This document shows, piece after piece, positions 55,266-64,000 of a stretch of 64,000 nt of DNA. Each line of letters begins with the position of its first letter. Within the stretch, counting starts at the first letter, position 1. The notes beneath the pieces were generated by a model that had not been told where the DNA came from, ran no database searches, and saw only the letters and a list, made by a program, of their open reading frames with translations. The stretch is from Tubiluchus corallicola (lineage: Eukaryota > Animalia > Priapulida), in the NCBI GenBank assembly GCA_030141605.1, contig JAQGDQ010000124.1:248001-312000 (forward strand). Reading direction: 5' to 3'. The translations under genes were made by a program, and so were the position numbers.

Positions 55266-57761
55266 GACCATAATGATTTATCATTCAATATTAACCACTG
55301 AAAGTGGCTCTCTCGGTTTGTGCGCTATTTCTCGGACGGTGTATATGCGACGTTCAGGGAATATTATGTTACCATCACGGAAACAGTCATGAGAAGTAAG
55401 AGTTCATATAAAACACACAGCATGCTAACTGCATATGTGGCGTCTTCCCTTTTTTATTCTGAATTTTTCAAGCCGAAGCCCGAGTAACCGAGTTTTCCCA
55501 GCCTAACATGGCGTTAAATCGCGTAGTTTTAATTGGCAGGTTTATACGTTTGCTGTGATTTATGCCAAGAAAAGAACGCTCTCGTTGCCATTGCTGAGTT
55601 TGTATATTAGGCTGCTGATCAGTAGCATGCAGGGGGGGTAAGAACTCGTTGCCTCGCCCAAGCCTGTTACTGAACACTTTATAATCATGATCACAGTTTT
55701 TCTTAGTTCTCGCTCCATTTCATCTTTGATTCACTACTCACCACATTTATGTATATATTATTATCATTATTTCAATTATTAATCATTTCTTTAAGATTTC
55801 CACATGCAGTTTGGCCTGTCAAGCTATGATTTTAGGCTCAAACTGTATGCATCAAAATTATTCTGTAATGTAATTTGTACATGTATATGCTGCATAAGAA
55901 TCTCTTTTGTAATTTCTGGATTATATTGCACTTATATTTATATTTACTTCAGTGCAAAATTATCTGTATTTTTATTATAACTGTAAGATGTAGTGTGGAA
56001 ATAAATAAACTTAAAAAGCCAAAGGTTTGTTGACAGTGGTTGTTTAAAAGATATCTTATATACATTAGCTGTCATTAATGATTAGTTTAAAGGAGTTTAA
56101 TTTAGCTCATGACTTAAATATTAATACTTAATATCCGCAATGCAATTAATTTTCACGCTAGATTCAATTTAACACAGCGCAGAAGTTACACAATTATTCT
56201 AATATGATTAATATGACAATTAATTTAACAGACTTGCATATTTTACGTTGTCACTATTGTAACAACCCACATCTACGAAGTTAAAATGCAACAGCTTTAT
56301 GGAAATTGTATCACTCATTTATATTTTTCAAGGTAGCTAATAGGCAAATAAAATTTATGAGACTACGCAGCAACTTATTAACGTAATCTTTAATAATCAC
56401 CAAGAAAAAGTTCATTATTTTACTTTGGATTAGCGCGTTAACCTCATATAGTTTTGTCGCTTTTAATTGATAATGTCTTTACTATTTGTAGGCTTACATA
56501 ATTACACTAATAAAATTTTTTGCAAAATTTATATTATTATACCAACACTATATATACGCTATTGAAACATTATGCAAAGTTTGATGTTTGCAATTAAACG
56601 AGGAGCCATGCAGCTGATTTTGCGATTAAAATCCGGAAATGAATATTAAGCTAAATTTCGCCTGATTAAAAAGTAAACAACTGAAACTAAATTACATCAA
56701 CTAAAAAAATCAAATTTTGAGTTAAATATAAAACTTACCCGAGTAACTGAGAATAAATGTTTGCAATGTTGACTGATGTAGTGCACAAAAGACAAATGAA
56801 TCACGTCTAAACGTCTATACGGGTAACACTAAGAGAAGTTTACTGATTGAATTGCTTGCCAGGAACACTATTGAGACACACAATGACAACAATCTGACTC
56901 TGATCAAACGCTTTATAATTTGAAACAGCCCACTCGATTGGCTTGGTGCAGTAGCCAATATTCGCATGATTTTAATAGCTGCTTCGAGCCCAAATGTCCA
57001 ACTGACAGGCTTCTTGCGCACGGTATTCTAATGAACAAATAAATGCGTTCACGGAAGACGTAATATTCACACTTAAACAAGCTACAGCCAAGTTAAAAGG
57101 TTACTTTTTGCACACGCCATCAAAATGACAATAACATCAGTTTGAGAATGGTATCTAGGGGAAAGTCATTCGTATTCCAATATAATAGCAGCAGAGACCT
57201 ATAGTAATAATAATACAGCTCTACATGAACTTCGTCGACTAATTTAGTCTTGAACTTCGTAGCAGTTTCGTTCGTAAATTATATTACGTGCGTTCTCAAC
57301 TGATTATGGCACCTGTAAGCACTAGCTGTATTGACGTGTGAAAAGAGATAGTGAAAAACGACGGAGCACGTAACCCGTTATTACTAAATGTACACAAATT
57401 TTTAACGGGAAGATACATCGCGCACGTTATCCACCTATTTTTATCCCAGGAAAACCCTAACCCGACCATCCCATATCGTTTTCCCAACCCTACCATGGGA
57501 ATGTCCTGGATAGTTCCCACGCTATTCTACATGGGACATCGCGTGCACCCAGGAAAACAAACTGCGTGGTGACGGTAGTGGGATGCGAAGAAAATTCTCG
57601 AACACATAAATATGTATTATGTATGTAGGAACAATAAAGCTATAAGCTATTCAGTTGTTATTGGCTATAATTACTACTAGCCACTTCTTTAAAGGAAAAC
57701 CAAAGTATCAAGAATAGATATTAGAAAACGTGGTTCTGAGCCTGTAGCCCGGGATTTCAAC

Positions 57762-57853
57762 TTGTTGTTGGTGGTGGTGGTGCTGCTGCTTCTGTTGTAG
57801 TTGTTGCTGTTGCTGCTGCTGCTTGTGTTGTAGTTGTTGCTGTTGCTGCTGCT
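57762..57853. repeat. Compound trinucleotide repeat (TTG/TGG/TGC)
   Basis: TTGTTGTTGGTGGTGGTGGTGCTGCTGC...TTGCTGCTGCT. Confidence 0.85.
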
Positions 57854-58384
57854 CAATAACTCAAAAGTCAAAAGACGTTTTTAAAACAACTGGCGGAAAG
57901 TATCATGCCCAGTAGCTTTCTCGGAAACAAAGTTGTGATGTTATGAGAAATTCATATGAGAATCAATGAGTGGAGAATAGGTTCCAGGCGGAAACAGTGG
58001 AATCTCGTGTCCATCATTCTTGACATTACAATTCTTGCTAAAACGTGGTCAAGTATGCCAGCTTTGTCCACTGAGGAGGGAAAAAGTTTCTATCTTTGAA
58101 GAAAGAGGGGATAGCAGATTTACTGTGTTTAAGGACTCCATCAGGGATGCGCCAGAGTCTCTCGAGTACAAGCAGTGGTGAACTACGGACTAACTCCGCA
58201 TTTCGGCCGGGCAATTTCAAGTTTTTTTGATAACGAAAAGACTTGATGCGTACGTCTTGGCAGTTTGTCTTGTCTAGCTTGGCATCCATTAGGCCCACTG
58301 TGCTCTAAACACAATTTCTTGAAGAGAATATTATTATTTATAATCTTAACATCAAGATTATCATTAATGGCGGTATAAACCCAC

Positions 58385-58568
58385 AATTAATTGAATTTTT
58401 AAACCAAACTTGAAAAACAGGAAAGGCAAAAAAATTAGAACACAGCTGGATTTGAGCCAGGGCGTCCGTCTTAATTGTAAACAGATGGTCCCTCATTCAA
58501 ATCCAGGTTGTGTTCCAACTTCTTCACATTTTCCGTTTAAGTTTTTGATTTCAAAATTCAATGAATTG
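58385..58568. repeat. Imperfect palindrome with tRNA T-loop-like arms
   Basis: GAACACAGCTGGATTTGA / TCAAATCCAGGTTGTGTTC and outer AATTAATTGAATTTT / AAAATTCAATGAATT. Confidence 0.65.
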
Positions 58569-59947
58569 CTTGAAATCAGTTAATGCACGTTCATATTCTA
58601 ATGTAGTAGATGTAGCAAATAGTTTACAGTTAGCAATTACCAGCAAAATGGTTAAATATACTTAACAATCTATATTAAAATTGAAAGGCCTCTATGCGGG
58701 GCTTTTAACCTATTACTCACTATTGTATGAAACTGAATGTTTTATTATTATAATCTTAATTGTAATTACTATTATCGATTTTTACGTAGTTCATTCTATA
58801 AAATTAATTGCACTCCCACGCACGAGATTAATGACTCACTTCGCAGCGGTGAACAAATGCTCGTTGCTGTGAAAATCCTAGTTCACAGAGCGTATAAAAA
58901 ATGTTCATTCGATTAACCTTTCACAAATTGTATAATACAATTATGAAACGCTCCATGGGAACTTTTCATAGGTTAGTTGTTCACTGAGAATTTCACTTCC
59001 CTACCTGCAGAACCCCCTCCCCCATAATTGTGAAAACCACGCCACTGTAATAAAATTAAGTTACTTTGCACTTTACAAACGAAAAAATGTTTTTGAAAAT
59101 TGTATATTTATTTTTTATTAAAATATAGTGAAATATTAGCAATGTATAAATCTAATTTTTAGTGAATCCAAACATTGATTACCACGTCATACGGCTGCCC
59201 TTATGGCCGTGTTATCGAAGCTTTGGTATAGAAACGTTGCCTATTTGCTATACTTATTCACAGGGCAGCATTTTATAATCACAATACGTGTATTGTGGCG
59301 TATAGCAGTGTAATACATGTACTTACTGTTACTCTGAGCCTGAGGCTGAGGAAATGTAGCTGTCAAATATTGGAGCTTACACAATGCACAACCCAGAGCA
59401 AAATGCCAAACCCTCAGCTCAGGACAGGAAATTCTACAGATATTCAAAGCAAATGTAGCGAAATGGCGGACTCTGCTAGAATGAACTACCAAAAGCAGAA
59501 TTATGTGTCCCAGATCTAAAATAGTTCAAAAAATTAAAATTTCACAGAAAATTTGCGCGCCTGCTTTTCACTCTGAAGGTTGCGGGTTCAATTCCTGGTT
59601 GAGCTGCCAAACTTAAAAAATGGTACGAAAGTTCTTCAAATAAACTCAAGAATTTATGAAGTAATACGTTTAATGTTATTCTTGCATTATGTCTTCACAA
59701 AACTGACATGCATTCTACACCGTACGGAAATCTAATAATATTAGAAATAGTTAGCTTGTAGAGTTAGTTGGTACTACGCAGTACATATCTTTAGAAGTTG
59801 GTATGAATTTTCATCACACATTTCAGCAATAATATGAATTTCTGCAAACACCTCGAACTGCTTTGTATATGAGTTTATTGTATTTTTAAGCAATTAAGGC
59901 TAATCAGTAGATTAAGAATCTCATAATTAGACCTACCAGGATATACC

Positions 59948-61130
59948 GTGCTGGTACAGTCGTTTAGTTGTTGTATAAATTGGAATGATACATGTATAGA
60001 TTATTTTCCAGTTGAAGGTGGAATCGGACAAGGTGGAAAATTGTCGTCATTTTTATACTCATTATATGCAGATGGGTGTATAAAATCACTACGAGATTCA
60101 AAACTAGGTTGTCACGTATATTATAAATACGCAGGAATTGTTAGTTATGCAGACGATTTTTATTGATGACTTCTAGTAATAATGTTCTGCAAAAAATGTT
60201 ACAACATTTTGAGTTATATGCTAAGACGTGGGATATAGCTTTTAATCCTACTAAGTCGTTACTATTGCGTTTTGGTGACAACACAGCTATCACTGTAAAT
60301 ATAAATTTAGGTGGGTGAAATTTAGAGTGGACAGATAAAGTTAAATATTTAGGATACGATATTGTCATGGTCTATTTCAAGGGGGGAAGTGGGGATACTT
60401 CCCCGGGGCCTCACCCTCCAGGGGGGCCTCGCGCCAAGGTAACATTTTTTTTGCTTTATGCGAACATACTGCCTCCTCTCTCCCTCTGCCTCTTGTCGCA
60501 CGAGCGCCGTTTGCCAGTATTGACAAGTATTAAGGACTGGTCTTGAGAATAAAGCAGTTTTTCTTTCAATTGTTCTTTCCGTTAACAACTGTGTAACTCC
60601 ATATATGAACACTTACTGTCTACCAACTATAACTTTGTTAGAAATGTAACTATAACAACTCAGAAGTGTGATCAGTGAAAGGTAGAGACTTAGAAACTGT
60701 CAAAGTTGTATGGAACACTGTTTACAGGAGAATATTTAATTATAAAAGAAATGAGAGCATTTGATTGCTTCAGTACTTCTGTAATATAATGCCACTGAAC
60801 TATTTAATCGAAATAAGAGAAGTCTTTTTTTATAAAAGTCTTATGTCTCACCCAGATAACTATATTGTTACAGTCCTCTGTGAAATTAATAAGCCAGGTC
60901 AGTCCGTCTGTACAAAATATAAGACACCGCTGAACTTGTCTTGTGTTAGTGTAAAACGTCTAGGAGAAAATGAATTTTATAAGGACTTAAATACCAGACA
61001 CCTTCTGTGAAATAACATACTTGTATATACTGTAATTTATTTTAGATGTGAATTTGTTTGTATTGTAATTTTATTGTATCCATTTATAATGTACTGTATC
61101 TTTGATACGAAATAAAGAGTTATATATTAT
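59948..61130 (+). mobile_element. 5'-truncated, decayed non-LTR retrotransposon (RT domain and C-terminus)
   Basis: GIGQGGKLSSFLYSLYAD...LGCH...SYADD, then after a frameshift LQKML...WDIAFNPTKS...KVKYLG; downstream YCLP and WNTVYRRIF; AATAAA at about 61111. Contains stops and frameshifts. Confidence 0.85.
60372..60604 (-). mobile_element. Partial copy of the 34030-34393 hAT MITE inserted in the LINE
   Basis: Reverse-complement near-identity to about 34163-34390; one end is missing. Confidence 0.85.
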
Positions 61131-64000
61131 ACTAAACATACTAAATATATTACGCCTAAGCATATTACTACTACATGTACTACTATTGCTATTTCACACT
61201 CTATAAGGGAACATCGTGAAAGGAGAAATAGTTGTGCGAATTTTTCTGGAGCTATGATTGTTGCCGGGAGACACCCAATGAATTCTTTCAAACTTTATTT
61301 ACACTCTCACCTCCGCGCTTACACTGCAACAATGCCACCCCATCATCGCGTTCCCATAGCAACGCATCTTTCACTGATTAGAATGCTGTTACAGCTAGTT
61401 TCCTAATGAAAGGCTAGGGTTAACAGGGCTATTAAAGGTTATAATAAACGGTCTATTTAGTGGTAAATTGGTGATAATATAGCTGTAGCTGAACGTATGA
61501 TGTAAAAACACTTCCACCAAGGAGCCGGTAGGCACATAAACATCCGCGGTGCATTTCTGGGCCTTTATAGTTTTTCTCTCGAAGGTTTACAGAATAGTAA
61601 GTTGTAAACATACAGCTCGCCTGTGGCTGCTAACCTTAACCCGGTCCCTTGCTTTTATTCCAAAATAACGAAAATAAGCTACTTATTCGCTGTCAGAAAT
61701 GGCGAGGAGCTGTATGTCAACGGGAAATTCCGACCTATACTTTATGTAAATTTGAAGATTGCTATTAACGAATTGTTGAGTTAACATTTACATACAAGTA
61801 ATATCTACAATGTAATTATACTATGAAACGTAAATATCGAAAAATAGTAATAAAATAAAGTATTATCCAGCATTAATTAACAATGACAAGTTGAACACCA
61901 ATTATACAAATGACAAAACAAATTTTGATATACATAACTAAGACCAATGAAACAACATTTTGTGTATTTACACTTAAAAATATAATGAGAAATAGAATAT
62001 TTTATCTTAATACTGTTGGCATTAATTGACATACTGTTGACGTAAAAATACTACACGTGCACATTGTTTCAAATTGTGTGCCGTGAAATGGTGACACGTG
62101 TACATACAAATATATACGTCGTAATTAGTTTGGAAGTGCAAACTTTTCCAAGTTGACACATCTTGACAGATTTCCGAGAACTTCACTCAACACCCATGCA
62201 CAGCTTTAATGCTAATGAAATTGTTAGATGTAAACGCCTCAGTTTTTCTTAGGTATGTAGAAAACACGACTCTAAGTGACTAAGATTTCAGGATTTACTA
62301 TACGTAATACGAAAAGTTCTGAACCAGGGGCAGTTAAATGAGCGAGTAAAAATATGGATGACTGAGACATAAAGATTACAATTAACGATGGCAGGTGGAA
62401 AGATTCTTGCATTGGGGGAAAACAGGACGCATGTCAGTCTAATCGCCCGCCAGCTAAACGCAGTTTTCACTTTGTAAAGTAGCGTCGCCGACATTCCTTT
62501 ATTTAGACTGACCCTAAAACATTTTCATCTAGATTATGGGATTACAGTTAGTTCAGTTAATGATGAAACTATTATTCGCAGACAATGGCTGATGTACACT
62601 TCGGATACGCGTGTAGCACGTTCTTGTACATATTTACTTCAGTAACTATGAAACAAAACTCCAACAACATTAAAATTTTGAACCAAAATTAAACCAAGTT
62701 AACTTCAATTTATTTGACTAGGCTCGTTGCAAACAGATTTTCACGATTTTTTAATACATGTTTAACACGCTAAAACGTACAATTCTACATTACATAATAC
62801 AATTATGTACTCAAGGATGGTATGCTATGCAGTATGGTATGCTTTCAGGCGCAAAAGTTCACCGTTTTCAACGGTTTATACAGTAGTTTGAAAAAGTATA
62901 ACAATCCTATGTAAAAAAAAATCAAAGTCTCTATTGTTGAACTCCAATCAACGCATTACTAAGGCTGAAATTTTATCTAATGACAAAAGTACCAAAAACT
63001 GTAAACATTGCAGAAATGACAGTTGTTGGAGTAAAGTGATTTCATCGTATGCACATTTGTCGTCATAAGCTTCACTTTACACGAACACATTTTGCTTTAA
63101 TAGCAGTAAGTCATGTGTGCTGTTTTAACAGCAGTAAGTCATGTACACAAAACAGCAGCTGAAAGAAAGGGCTGAGCTAGCCTAGGGTGTCAGAAACTTA
63201 ATCATTATTACCTATTATGAAATACTGCATATGCAGTAGTTAAAACTATCGGTTAGTAGAAAATCTGAAGATAGATTAACAAACTAATATGCATGTAAAA
63301 TTAATACAGTAACTATCAATATTCTAGGGCATCGCAATTACTACTTCACTGAATAGTTGACGAACGGCACGTGCCAAAGATAAACTGACGCCTCTAATTG
63401 GTTTTTGCGGCAATTCAGCTACCTGGAATTATCAGATACGACGGGTTTATACAGGTTGGACAGGTGTACCAGCATGGTGCAAGCGTTCCCTCCCAGAGAA
63501 AAACACATATCAAAGCAATGCAATGGCTAGAAATCACAAAAGAGCAGGTGTGGGTGTCTTTAGCAAGTAAGAATTATAGTCTTTATACAGTGTGTGACTC
63601 AGACTCAAGGGCAAAGAGCCCACACAAGTTTGTGAGGCTGTACATAGAAACGGGAACTGCAGATTTCACGTATTAAGTCTTCCGAATATAAGATTTGACT
63701 GCTACATTGTCGTTTTCGAAAAACTTAAGCACTTACACTTACTGTGTGTTTGTATAACTACATGTACAACAGTGTGTGTTCGGAATGAAGAGTAGCAGTG
63801 GAGTTTGGAACACACTATCAGTAATGGTTAACCATATCACATTCAGTTAAATGTTTCTGCTCAGTATTATTACCAGTGACATATTAGTGATAAATAACAC
63901 TTTTTTCTGCTATGTACATAGATCTTTTTCTGTTTTGACTTAACGAATAATTACAAAAAATAGTAAATCCAATGTAAGTGTCGTTATAACGTGTTGTTAC

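Larger units (their letters stand above)
38761..56774 (-). ncRNA. Putative spliced miR-92 host transcript (pri-miRNA)
   Basis: Inr-like TCAGTC at 56776-56771. Candidate exons: 56774-56739 (donor GTAAGT), 54355-54263 (TTTACAG / GTAAGT), 53999-53953 (TTTTAG / GTAAGC), 43487 onward (TTTTCAG acceptor), 40054-39829 (TTGCAG / GTAAGT), 39375 onward (TTACAG acceptor). A - strand AATAAA is at 38766-38761. Connectivity between exons is inferred. Confidence 0.4.

Noticed and set aside
63398-63676. 92-aa ORF as a gene
   Set aside because: No ATG start or splice support. Fragments (IQLPG, YRLDR in another frame, EQVWV) hint at a decayed LINE endonuclease, but too weakly to call.

Overview
AT-rich metazoan genomic window, probably a protostome invertebrate (inferred from the AP-3 sigma C-terminus and the repeat types). 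The left 39 kb holds four intron-containing genes reconstructed by hand from splice sites: calnexin (- strand, 13 coding exons, 588 aa, one GC-AG intron, ERSE-like promoter motif), a 7-unit polyubiquitin (+), AP-3 complex sigma subunit (+, 6 exons, 190 aa) and a RAM/RAMAC (FAM103A1)-like RNMT-activating miniprotein (+, 3 coding exons, about 133 aa). The right 25 kb has no recognisable intact protein gene. It carries two miR-92-family hairpins on the - strand (39234-39299, 43343-43404). Each hairpin sits about 80-85 nt downstream of its own 3' splice acceptor, in what looks like a long spliced host transcript. That host may start near 56774, encode an 88-aa peptide ending at the base of the distal hairpin, and overlap the RAMAC 3' end in antisense. 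Introns and intergenic DNA are dense with non-autonomous DNA transposons (hAT with 8-bp TSDs, pogo/Tigger with TA TSDs, Kolobok-like), fold-back elements, SINE fragments, a decayed LINE and a 95-bp tandem array. No prokaryote-type systems such as CRISPR are supported. All calls come from reading the sequence only; no searches or folding were run.
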